Sequence record: MK863032.2
From: Pseudomonas phage Zuri
Length of the DNA stretch: 24,000 nucleotides
Reading direction: 5' to 3' (one strand)
Shown: piece by piece, positions 7,328 to 15,763 of the stretch
Layout: every line of letters starts with the position of its first letter
Numbering within the stretch: the first letter of the stretch is position 1
Position numbers and translations under genes: made by a program
Notes under the pieces: model-generated
Database searches by the model: none
What the model was told of the DNA's origin: nothing
The model's input: the letters and a program-made list of their open reading frames with translations, nothing else

Positions 7328-7651
7328 ATGCGAATGTTCAGTCGTTTCCTCAGTTACATGGCCCTCGGCCTTGCCAGTTGCCTCGGTTTTGCCGGTATGG
7401 CACTGGCGGATGATGTCCGCCCCAGCCTGATCAACAGCCTGCGTCTGGCCGTCTCCAGCGTCGGTGAGTACGGTCACGATGTGGCCAAGTACAAAGCCGA
7501 GCAGATGTACATGCACGGCACCCCCAGTACGCGATTGTGTGCTGGTGCCAACCTGACTGCTGAATCGAATGGCTTCCGTCTGTCGGCAATGACCTCCAGC
7601 GGGGTGGCCGAGGGCAAGATCGGTGGTAGCATTCCTGCTACTTACATCTAA
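7328..7651 (+). CDS. hypothetical exported protein
   Basis: N-terminal signal-peptide-like [29 protein letters not shown]; 107 aa, followed by a terminator. Confidence 0.65.
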   Translation: MRMFSRFLSYMALGLASCLGFAGMALADDVRPSLINSLRLAVSSVGEYGHDVAKYKAEQMYMHGTPSTRLCAGANLTAESNGFRLSAMTSSGVAEGKIGGSIPATYI

Positions 7652-7673
7652 AGCCTGCTGGCAAAGCGCCGTG

Positions 7674-7700
7674 AGAAAGCCCCTTTCGAGGGGCTTTTTC
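7674..7700 (+). terminator. rho-independent terminator with UUCG tetraloop
   Basis: GAAAGCCCCT-TTCG-AGGGGCTTTTTC; 9-bp core stem plus T-tract. Confidence 0.92.
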
Positions 7701-7733
7701 TTTGTTCTGAATTTCTCAATCAGGAGAGAAAAA

Positions 7734-8609
7734 ATGCATCAGTTTCAGGGACTTATCGAACGAGTCCTGTACACAGGTACGGACCGTGAGGATCGTACCG
7801 GGGTAGGCACTCGTTCGATCTTCGGTCACCAAATGCGCTTCAACCTGTCAGAAGGCTTCCCCATCTGTACCACCAAGCGGGTGCCCTTCAAGTCAGTACT
7901 GAGCGAACTCCTTTGGTTCATCTCCGGTTCCACCAATGTGAACGACCTCCGTGCCTTGCTGCATGGTGAAGAGTTTCGCCATGACTGGTCTAAAAAGACC
8001 ATCTGGGATGACAATGCTGCGAACCAAGGGCAAGCACTGGGCTATGCAGACGGTGAGCTTGGTCCTGTTTACGGCAAACAATGGCGTCACTGGAGCAAAA
8101 ACAACGGGGTAACTGACCTGTTGGGGGCCAAAGACACCATTGACCAACTGCGTGATGTGATCAACCAGATTCGTCACAACCCTGACAGTCGTCGCCTCAT
8201 CGTATCTGCATGGAATGTGGCCGAGCTGCCAGACATGGCTCTGCCCCCGTGCCACTGCCTGTTCCAGTTCTATGTCCGCGATGGGTATCTGGACTGCCAG
8301 TTGTACCAACGTTCGGCAGATCTGTTCCTCGGCGTACCCTTCAACATTGCCAGCTATGCCCTACTGGTTCATATGGTGGCTCAAGTATGCAGTCTCAGGC
8401 CGGGTGAGTTCATCTGGACGGGTGGGGACGTACACCTCTACAAAAACCACTTCGATCAGGCTTTGGAGATCCTTAACCGGGAGCCTCTAAAGCTTCCAAC
8501 TTTGGAGATCAATCCTGAGATCTCTGATATCGATCAGTTCACCATGAATGACTTCGAGCTAATCGACTACAAATCTCATCCACCTGTACCAGCCCCAATG
8601 GCTGTGTAG
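7734..8609 (+). CDS. thyA: thymidylate synthase
   Basis: [35 protein letters not shown] (catalytic Cys), [35 protein letters not shown] 7734 after GGAG. Confidence 0.97.
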   Translation: MHQFQGLIERVLYTGTDREDRTGVGTRSIFGHQMRFNLSEGFPICTTKRVPFKSVLSELLWFISGSTNVNDLRALLHGEEFRHDWSKKTIWDDNAANQGQALGYADGELGPVYGKQWRHWSKNNGVTDLLGAKDTIDQLRDVINQIRHNPDSRRLIVSAWNVAELPDMALPPCHCLFQFYVRDGYLDCQLYQRSADLFLGVPFNIASYALLVHMVAQVCSLRPGEFIWTGGDVHLYKNHFDQALEILNREPLKLPTLEINPEISDIDQFTMNDFELIDYKSHPPVPAPMAV

Positions 8610-8682
8610 CGGGTTTTGTGGTTGTCGATCCCTGGAGTTCCGGGGATCGACTGAACATCCTATTTGAACCAAGGAGCTACAG

Positions 8683-8898
8683 ATGCCGGTTAAGTACAGG
8701 CTGCTGACTGACTCGAAGATCGAGGCAACGGCAAAGGCAGGAACATTCGCTTACGAATGCACCAAGCATGACTATGGCTGTGCCAACGATGACACCCGCA
8801 TCACCGGGCGTAAACACGTCAGCCTCTCTCTGAAGGAGGACGGCGACTACCCGTTCTTCACTCACGCCGAAGACGATCTCGAAGTGATCAAGGAGTAA
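8683..8898 (+). CDS. small hypothetical protein
   Basis: 71-aa ORF MPVKYRLLTDSKIEATAKAGTFAYECTKHDYG... with AAGGAG upstream. Confidence 0.7.
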   Translation: MPVKYRLLTDSKIEATAKAGTFAYECTKHDYGCANDDTRITGRKHVSLSLKEDGDYPFFTHAEDDLEVIKE

Positions 8899-8901
8899 GG
8901 C

Positions 8902-11319
8902 ATGCAAGTTTCTCAACAGGCCGACCAAATCACCCATGCGGTGGTTGGGCAGCAAGAATCCATTTCCATGGGGGTCAGTGACAGTGCAGCTCTGATGCAC
9001 ATCCTGTCCGCCACCCTGTACACCTACCCCAAGCTGGCAGCTATTCGTGAAGTAACCTGTAACGGCTGGGACGGCCACATCATGGTCGGCAAAACCGATG
9101 TGCCACTGGAGATCACCATCTCCGACACCGAGATCAAGGTGCAGGACTTCGGTCCGGGTATCCCTCATGCCAAGATCGGTGAGATCTATGGCGTGTACGG
9201 CAACTCGACCAAGCGTGACGATTCCACCCAGACAGGCGGTTTCGGGCTTGGTTCCAAGGCACCGTTTGCGGTGACCGACAACTTCCAAGTGATCTCGTGT
9301 CACGAAGGAATGAAGACCATTTACCGGGTCTCCAAGTCCTCGATGGAAGTCGGTGGTAAGCCCTCGATTAACAAAATCATGGACATGCCCACGGAAGAGT
9401 CGGGCATCACGGTCAGTTTCAACATCAAGGCCGGTGAGCAAGGGGAATACCTGAAGCTCATCAAAGAGGTGCTGTTGCTCGGAGGCATTCTGGCCCGAGT
9501 CAACAAGGCTGAACCCATGGAACCATTGCCACTGCTGGAGTCGCCCACTGGCTTCATCATCAGCAGCGTCAATGGCACTTTGCTGAACCGGATCAACGTC
9601 CGCTATGGCAACGTGGTGTACCCAGTGCCCAGCCACACCGGCTTTGCGTCTGAGTGGAACATCGTCATGAGCCAGATGAATAAGCTCTGGCATGGGGCCA
9701 ACATCATCTTCATGGCACCCCCGGACGGCGTTTCCATTGCGCCTAGCCGGGAAGCCCTGATCTTCACTGACCTGACGGTAGCGACTATCAAGGGTCTGTT
9801 GGCTCAGTTCACCGAAGATGACATCAAGGGCTGCGAAAAGACGGTCAAGCAGATCTCTCGGGAAATGCTCAACAAGACTGTGGACCGTCTGCCGCCCCCA
9901 GTGACGCCATATGAGCTGGACAAAGCTGTGTTCATCCCGGCTGACATGTATCCGAAAGGTGCTCGTCACGAGTCGGGGGCCTATGCTTACTCCATCAAGC
10001 GTGCCCGGATGGCATTTCTGATGCGAGACCTGAACCAGAACCAAGAGGGTGAACATGTTCGCCTCAAGCGGTTCAGGAAGGCCATTGAACAGCAAGCATT
10101 CATGGACATGAAGTTTGCCCGTGAACTGCTCAAGGCTTACATCCAGCACCGTACCGACCGGCGAGCCAACCGGACCTACAGCCGGATGACGGCAATGGTC
10201 CACAAGTTCATCACGCTCCCGCTCTATCAGGCCATCGATGCCCATCCCAAGATGGCTCGTGAGCGTCTGTGGATCTCGCAAAACTACGCCAGCAATTTGA
10301 TTCGCTTGAAAGACCGAACCTGCGGAGACTTCGATAATGCGATCTCTCACCTGTTCAAACGGGTGTTGATCGTGCGTAGCAAATCGGCAGCCGAGGAATT
10401 CCTGAATAAGGAATACCGCAAGGAATACAACCGCCCAGATGGTTGGGTGGTGTATGTCTGCCATTCCCACCCAGACCGTATTACAGAAGCCAAACAGGTC
10501 TTCGACAAGCTGGATTACGAGGTTCACGGCTACAAGCTGGAAGTGGAACCAAGGATCAAAAAGTCTGACGATCCTGATTGGGTTCCGGCTGAGCGTAAAG
10601 CATCGGTCAAACGTAAGGGCTACATGTCCCTGCGTGATGCCTACGATCCAGTGAAGGAAACCTTCCTGTTGTCCACGGCACGAGAAGTCAAGGAGCCAAG
10701 CAACCTCAAGGAACCTATGGCTTGGATCATGCTGCACAACAAAAGCCACCACAAAGAAGGCCGCTGGACCGTAGGTTTCGGGGCTGAGCAGAGCAAAGCC
10801 ATCAATAAACTCTGGGGCGACAAGATCGCTGTGGTAACTCCTGCTCAGGCAGAAGCCCTCAAGAAGAAAGGTATCGAAAACATGCAGACCTATGTCAACA
10901 CTTTCGTAGATGACGCACTGTCAGCCAAACAAGACTACCGTCGCTATCTGGCATTTGGTCGTCATCTGCTTCGCTATGGTGGACGACCTCATAGTGAAGT
11001 CTGTGCCGTGATCTACAACATGCTCCCCCATGAAGAGCTGATGAAAGAGCTGGGCATCCGCTTTCACATCTCGGCGGAGACTCAGCTGCTGGTCAACTTC
11101 ATGGATGGGTTGGACGAAGTGTCAGCCCCTAAGTGCCATGCCTTGATTCACAAGGTTAAAAAGTCCCCGAAAGTGGACGAGATCGGCATGAAGATCAAGA
11201 ACTCCAAATGGCGAAAATTCCTCGACATGGACTTCTTGGCTCAGCAGTTGGATACCTCCAAAGCTGGGTCTGAAGAGCAAGAAATTGCCTTCTCCGTTGT
11301 TAAACACCTCCTGAAATAA
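8902..11319 (+). CDS. rIIA: rIIA-like protein with GHKL-type ATPase domain
   Basis: REVTCNGWDGH (N-box), VQDFGPGIP, GGFGLGSKAPFAV; 805 aa, directly followed by an rIIB-like gene. Confidence 0.8.
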   Translation: MQVSQQADQITHAVVGQQESISMGVSDSAALMHILSATLYTYPKLAAIREVTCNGWDGHIMVGKTDVPLEITISDTEIKVQDFGPGIPHAKIGEIYGVYGNSTKRDDSTQTGGFGLGSKAPFAVTDNFQVISCHEGMKTIYRVSKSSMEVGGKPSINKIMDMPTEESGITVSFNIKAGEQGEYLKLIKEVLLLGGILARVNKAEPMEPLPLLESPTGFIISSVNGTLLNRINVRYGNVVYPVPSHTGFASEWNIVMSQMNKLWHGANIIFMAPPDGVSIAPSREALIFTDLTVATIKGLLAQFTEDDIKGCEKTVKQISREMLNKTVDRLPPPVTPYELDKAVFIPADMYPKGARHESGAYAYSIKRARMAFLMRDLNQNQEGEHVRLKRFRKAIEQQAFMDMKFARELLKAYIQHRTDRRANRTYSRMTAMVHKFITLPLYQAIDAHPKMARERLWISQNYASNLIRLKDRTCGDFDNAISHLFKRVLIVRSKSAAEEFLNKEYRKEYNRPDGWVVYVCHSHPDRITEAKQVFDKLDYEVHGYKLEVEPRIKKSDDPDWVPAERKASVKRKGYMSLRDAYDPVKETFLLSTAREVKEPSNLKEPMAWIMLHNKSHHKEGRWTVGFGAEQSKAINKLWGDKIAVVTPAQAEALKKKGIENMQTYVNTFVDDALSAKQDYRRYLAFGRHLLRYGGRPHSEVCAVIYNMLPHEELMKELGIRFHISAETQLLVNFMDGLDEVSAPKCHALIHKVKKSPKVDEIGMKIKNSKWRKFLDMDFLAQQLDTSKAGSEEQEIAFSVVKHLLK

Positions 11320-11332
11320 ACTGAGGCCATTC

Positions 11333-13030
11333 ATGGACAAAGTAATCCGTGTAGTCGCGGCTGTATTGGATACGGGCCGACTCATCATGTACAAGCAGGA
11401 CGGCGAGACCATCGACGTTCTGCAAGGGGATCCCCGCATCCGCAAGTTGACCGATAAGGTCTTCCCGGACATCGAACGGCAGAAATTCTCGGACCTGACC
11501 GAAGAAGACCTGTCCAACCCATCCGAGAACTACAGCCATTACGCCGAGACTGAAGCCCAGCTCGGTGGCATGGTGAAGTTCTTCCGCATGCTCAAGACCG
11601 AGGCCGAAAAGGTCTTAGCCCTGTTCGTAGAGGAAGGCTTCGATCAGGTTCGTCAGGTCGGCGTCATTCCCGATGTCGGGAACCAAGAGAAAGACGATGA
11701 AGTCGAGGAAGGAACTACCCAACCTCAGACCAAAAGCCAAGCTGCTGTGGCCCAGATCATGGCCCAAGCTGCTCCAGCTTCTTCGCCTGAATTCCAGCAG
11801 ATGTCCAAGGATCAGGCCGAGGAAACCACGGTTGTGGCTGTGGTTGACGATGGCACTTGCATTCCAGGCATCGAGCAAATCGATATCCAGCTGCGTGGCT
11901 TGGCCGCCAAACTGGGCTCGCCTGAAGGCATCGCCAACTTCTTCCGTCGTGTCACCTCGGTGAAGCGTGCTCACACCGTGCAGGACCTCCTGAAGTTCAT
12001 GGAGCGGGGTGAGCTGCCCATTGCCGATGACGGTTCGGTGCTGGTGTACAAACGCTTGAAAAGCACCGATGAAGCAGGCGTATTCGTGGACTGCCATACC
12101 CGCTCGGTGAAGCAGCGAGTGGGTTCATGGGTGTTCATGGACGACCGTCTGGTCGATCCGAACCGTAACAACGAGTGCTCCAACGGTCTGCATGTGGCTC
12201 GCCGGGATTACCTGTCGAGCTTCAGTGGTGACGTGACTGTATTGGCCAAGTTGGCTCCAGAAGACGTGATCGCTGTACCTCACGGTGATGCCCGTAAACT
12301 GCGTGCCCGTGGCTACCACATCATCGCCCAGCTGAGCTACGACGATGCCCGTGCAGTCAACAGCAACAAGCCCATGTCTGACTCGGTACTGCTGGGCAAT
12401 GCTGCTGCGGGTAACCACATCGGGATCGTGGAGCATGTGCAAATTCTCGACCAGAACCGCACCGACAACAGCGTCAAGTACACCAAGATCAACGCTGACG
12501 ATCCAGTGGAGCTAAACTCGGCTCTGCAATCCCAGTCGCTGGAATCGGTAGACAAAGACGCCCCGGTGCATGTGGATGCAGCTGTTGTCGCCACCAAGAA
12601 GACCACCGAGAAAGCTCCAGTCAAGAAGGCTCAGATCAAACGTCCAGTGGAAGTGTTGGTCGAAGCCTTCCAGAAAGCCAAGAGCGACAAGGCCAAACGA
12701 GCTGCGGCCAGCAACCTGATGGTATTCAAAAAGAATGCCAAGAAAGGTTGGGACAAGCTGGGCGTTTCGGCTGAAATTGCTGCTCAAGTGACCGAGTTGG
12801 TTCCCGTGGCTGAACCTGCCAAGCCAGTTAAGGAAGCCAAGCCTGAGCCAGTGATCCCAGCAACGGGCACCCCAAAAGAGCGCATCGCTGCCGGTCTGGG
12901 CCACAAGCCCCTGACCCGTCAACTGGCCTTGGACATCCTTCAGATCAAGAAGGCATCCAAGAAAGGCTGGTCTGCTCTGGGCGTAACCCAAGCCCAAGAG
13001 AAGGAAATCCTGAAGCTGGCCAGCAAGTAG
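11333..13030 (+). CDS. rIIB: rIIB-like protein with Lys/Ala-rich C-terminal extension
   Basis: GSVLVYKRLKSTDEAGVFVDCHTRSVKQRVGSWVFMDDRLVDPNRNNECSNGLHVARRDYL typical of phage rIIB-like proteins; adjacent to rIIA-like. Confidence 0.75.
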   Translation: MDKVIRVVAAVLDTGRLIMYKQDGETIDVLQGDPRIRKLTDKVFPDIERQKFSDLTEEDLSNPSENYSHYAETEAQLGGMVKFFRMLKTEAEKVLALFVEEGFDQVRQVGVIPDVGNQEKDDEVEEGTTQPQTKSQAAVAQIMAQAAPASSPEFQQMSKDQAEETTVVAVVDDGTCIPGIEQIDIQLRGLAAKLGSPEGIANFFRRVTSVKRAHTVQDLLKFMERGELPIADDGSVLVYKRLKSTDEAGVFVDCHTRSVKQRVGSWVFMDDRLVDPNRNNECSNGLHVARRDYLSSFSGDVTVLAKLAPEDVIAVPHGDARKLRARGYHIIAQLSYDDARAVNSNKPMSDSVLLGNAAAGNHIGIVEHVQILDQNRTDNSVKYTKINADDPVELNSALQSQSLESVDKDAPVHVDAAVVATKKTTEKAPVKKAQIKRPVEVLVEAFQKAKSDKAKRAAASNLMVFKKNAKKGWDKLGVSAEIAAQVTELVPVAEPAKPVKEAKPEPVIPATGTPKERIAAGLGHKPLTRQLALDILQIKKASKKGWSALGVTQAQEKEILKLASK

Positions 13031-13049
13031 TCGGGTTGCTTCACCAATT

Positions 13050-13085
13050 TGCCTCTAGTCATATAGACTAGAGGCATCTTTTATT
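13050..13085 (+). terminator. probable rho-independent terminator
   Basis: TGCCTCTAGTC (13050-13060) / GACTAGAGGCA (13066-13076), 11 bp, 5-nt loop, then TCTTTTATT. Confidence 0.85.
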
Positions 13086-13097
13086 GAGGATAAGCCC

Positions 13098-13415
13098 ATG
13101 TCTTCCGCAATCCGAGTCAATCGCAAAGGCAGCGATGACGATATCATCCGTCTCAATAGCGTTGGCTTGTCGTTACGGACGATTGCCAAGCTGCTGGATT
13201 GTCATCCGACTTCAGTGACGCTTCGTCTTCGTCGTCTGGGTGTTCCGCCTGCGGATACCCGTCGGACTTTCATGGAAGACATTTTTAAAACCCTCAGCCC
13301 AGACCAACAAGAATGGTTGGCTGATCACATCCAAAACGGGAACAACATCAAGGACTATGTTCGTGAGTTGCTCGTAGAGGATTACCAACGACAGAACCCC
13401 GGAGCACCTGTATGA
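13098..13415 (+). CDS. small helix-turn-helix-like DNA-binding protein
   Basis: SDDDIIRLNSVGLSLRTIAKLLDCHPTSVTLRLRRLGV matches a HTH pattern; ATG 13098. Confidence 0.65.
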   Translation: MSSAIRVNRKGSDDDIIRLNSVGLSLRTIAKLLDCHPTSVTLRLRRLGVPPADTRRTFMEDIFKTLSPDQQEWLADHIQNGNNIKDYVRELLVEDYQRQNPGAPV

Positions 13416-13870
13416 CTCAATGCGCCATTACCCGTACCCAAGACTGGTTTGCTACTGCTCGTCCGAATCCTTCCAAAAAGGATTTCAGTACCCAACTTGG
13501 TGTACACATGGAAGAAGTGGCAGAAATGCTGAAAGCCCTGAAAGGCAACAGCCACGCTGCTGAAGTGCTGCTGGAACTGGCCGTCGATCATATTGAGAAC
13601 TTGGCCACCCATCTGAAAGAAGATGAGAACTTGGTCGAGGTCAACGATCCAGTGGAAATGCTGGATGGTCTGATCGACCAACAGGTTACTTCGACCGGTG
13701 TGGGTTATTGCTTGGGCTATGACATGCCAGCTGCCCTGCGAGAGGTCAATGCTTCGAACTACTCCAAGTTCGATGACAATGGCCAGCCCATCTACAACGA
13801 GAACAAAAAGGTCATGAAAGGGCCGAACTACTTTAAGCCCGACCTTGCCCAATACCTGCCCGTCGAGTAA
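13412..13870 (+). CDS. MazG-like nucleotide pyrophosphohydrolase
   Basis: HMEEVAEMLKAL... ELAVDHIENL ... VEMLDGLIDQQVTSTGVGYCLGYDMPAALREVNASNYSKFDDNGQPIYNENKKVMKGPNYFKPDL. Confidence 0.75.
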   Translation: MTQCAITRTQDWFATARPNPSKKDFSTQLGVHMEEVAEMLKALKGNSHAAEVLLELAVDHIENLATHLKEDENLVEVNDPVEMLDGLIDQQVTSTGVGYCLGYDMPAALREVNASNYSKFDDNGQPIYNENKKVMKGPNYFKPDLAQYLPVE

Positions 13871-13886
13871 CTGAATCGACATCTAG

Positions 13887-13913
13887 AAACCCCCGGACCA
13901 CCGGGGGTTTTTC
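13887..13913 (+). terminator. rho-independent terminator
   Basis: AAACCCCCGG (13887-13896) - ACCA - CCGGGGGTTT (13901-13910), T-tract. Confidence 0.93.
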
Positions 13914-13931
13914 GTAACAGGAGAATCCCCA

Positions 13932-15239
13932 GTGGAATTAGCCAATAAACAGCTACCGCTGAACCAAGACCAAGAAGTTGCAGCTAAGGGCTTCTTCGAG
14001 TTTCTGTTCAGTGATGAAAAAGAAATGCGCATCAGTGGTCCCGGTGGGGTCGGTAAGACCTTCCTCATGGGCCACATGATCGACACCCTGATGCAACAGT
14101 ACTTCGATTCTTGCCGTCTGGCCGGGATCGAACCGGAGTACTGGGACGTGTACATGACGGCTACCACCAACAAGGCGGCTGAAGTGCTGGGCCTGAATAC
14201 CGGGCGCCCAGCCAGTACCGTTCACAGCTTCCTTGGCCTCAAGGTCAAGGACGATTACAGCACCGGCAAATCGACCATCGAGAAGACCGGTGCATGGCGT
14301 GTTCACGAAAAAATTATTCTCTTCGTGGACGAGGCTTCTATGGTAGACCGCACCTTGCTGGCTGCCATCCGAGAAGGCACCTGCAAGTCGAAGATCGTCT
14401 ATGTCGGTGACCGGAGCCAATTGGCTCCCGTGCATGAAACCGTGTCTCAGGTATACACGGACAAGATGCCTGCCTTCGAGCTGCTCAAGCCAATGCGCAA
14501 TGCCGGGCAGCCTGCCCTACAAGCTATCTGTGCCCAGTTCCGCCAAACTGTGGACGATCACATCTTCCGCCCGATCCAGTTGGTTCCCGGTGTGATCGAC
14601 CATCTGGACGATGCCCAGATGGAAGCCGAGATCACCCAGAACTTTGTGGACCCCAACTTCGACGGTCGGATTCTGACCTACACGAATAAGCGGGCCATCA
14701 TGTACAACCAGTTCATCCGAGAGATCCGTGGGCTGCCAGAGCAGTTCCAAGAAGGTGAACGGCTGGTCAACAACACTGCCATTCGACTGGGCCGCACCCA
14801 ACTTTCAGTGGAGGATGAGGTGCAGATTGTTGAACTGGCTGCCACTGTGGCCAAGCATGAGATCCAAGAGGATGTCTACTTGGAAGTCCGTTACGCCACC
14901 TTGGAAAACAAGTACGGCGACCGGATGTACGGTGTGATGCTGCCGGTAGATCGGGACCATTATGATCGACTGGTGAAGTACTACCAGAAGACCAAAAACT
15001 GGAACCGCTACTACTACCTCAAGAACAACTTCCCCGACTTGCGTCAGCGGGATGCCTGCACCAGTTACAAAGCGCAGGGCAGCACCATGCACACGGCTTA
15101 CATCGACCTGACCGATTTCAGCACCTGCAAGAACCCGGCTCAGGCTGCTCGACTGGCCTATGTCAACGTGTCCCGACCAACCACCCGCATCGTTTTCTAT
15201 GGTGAGTTGGCTCCCCGCTTTGGAGAGCTAGTCAGATAG
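13932..15239 (+). CDS. SF1 DNA helicase, Dda/RecD-like
   Basis: Walker A SGPGGVGKTFL, ILFVDEASMVDR, VYVGDRSQLAPV, TSYKAQGSTMHTAYIDL, NVSRPTTRI; GTG start at 13932. Confidence 0.88.
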   Translation: MELANKQLPLNQDQEVAAKGFFEFLFSDEKEMRISGPGGVGKTFLMGHMIDTLMQQYFDSCRLAGIEPEYWDVYMTATTNKAAEVLGLNTGRPASTVHSFLGLKVKDDYSTGKSTIEKTGAWRVHEKIILFVDEASMVDRTLLAAIREGTCKSKIVYVGDRSQLAPVHETVSQVYTDKMPAFELLKPMRNAGQPALQAICAQFRQTVDDHIFRPIQLVPGVIDHLDDAQMEAEITQNFVDPNFDGRILTYTNKRAIMYNQFIREIRGLPEQFQEGERLVNNTAIRLGRTQLSVEDEVQIVELAATVAKHEIQEDVYLEVRYATLENKYGDRMYGVMLPVDRDHYDRLVKYYQKTKNWNRYYYLKNNFPDLRQRDACTSYKAQGSTMHTAYIDLTDFSTCKNPAQAARLAYVNVSRPTTRIVFYGELAPRFGELVR

Positions 15240-15249
15240 GAGATGATTC

Positions 15250-15753
15250 ATGGCCGTTGCAAATCTTCACAAATTCCTGGATGCACTGGTCAACAAGCTA
15301 TTCACCGCTGAAGAGCGTCGCCTCGACAAGATCGTGGAGACGCTCGACCGGCGTAATAGAGAGATCGGAGGCCATAAGCCACAGGGTTTCCTGCTGCAAG
15401 GCAAGCTGTATCAACCCAAGAGTGCCACTCTTATTGCCACAATTGGAGTCAAGCCACTGGCTTACGAGTTGACGGATGATGGCAACAAGTTCCTGAAAGA
15501 TCGCAACCAGATTGATCAAGATCGCCAAGCTATCAAACAGATTCTATATAAGTTGGTGGAACCGTGCCAGAATGCACAGGAGATTCGAGACACCCTTCCA
15601 GAGTGTCTAGTCTCTCTCGTACCAGAACTGTCCAAGATGGAACGACGATTCGCTAAAGGATTCTTCGCTCCAAAGGACGACCGATTCGTTCGGCAGTACG
15701 AAGCCATCTTGCCCAAGATCGAGATGTACTCAGTTTCTTGCTTGCTGTACTAG
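15250..15753 (+). CDS. hypothetical protein
   Basis: 167-aa ORF between helicase and polymerase: MAVANLHKFLDALVNKLFTAEERRLDKIVETLDRR... Confidence 0.7.
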   Translation: MAVANLHKFLDALVNKLFTAEERRLDKIVETLDRRNREIGGHKPQGFLLQGKLYQPKSATLIATIGVKPLAYELTDDGNKFLKDRNQIDQDRQAIKQILYKLVEPCQNAQEIRDTLPECLVSLVPELSKMERRFAKGFFAPKDDRFVRQYEAILPKIEMYSVSCLLY

Positions 15754-15763
15754 GGGAGTCCAC

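Noticed and set aside
8677-10752. 691-aa minus-strand ORF
   Set aside because: Codon-aligned antisense of the rIIA-like gene. Long open antisense frames arise when TTA/CTA/TCA codons are rare, and there is no recognisable domain.
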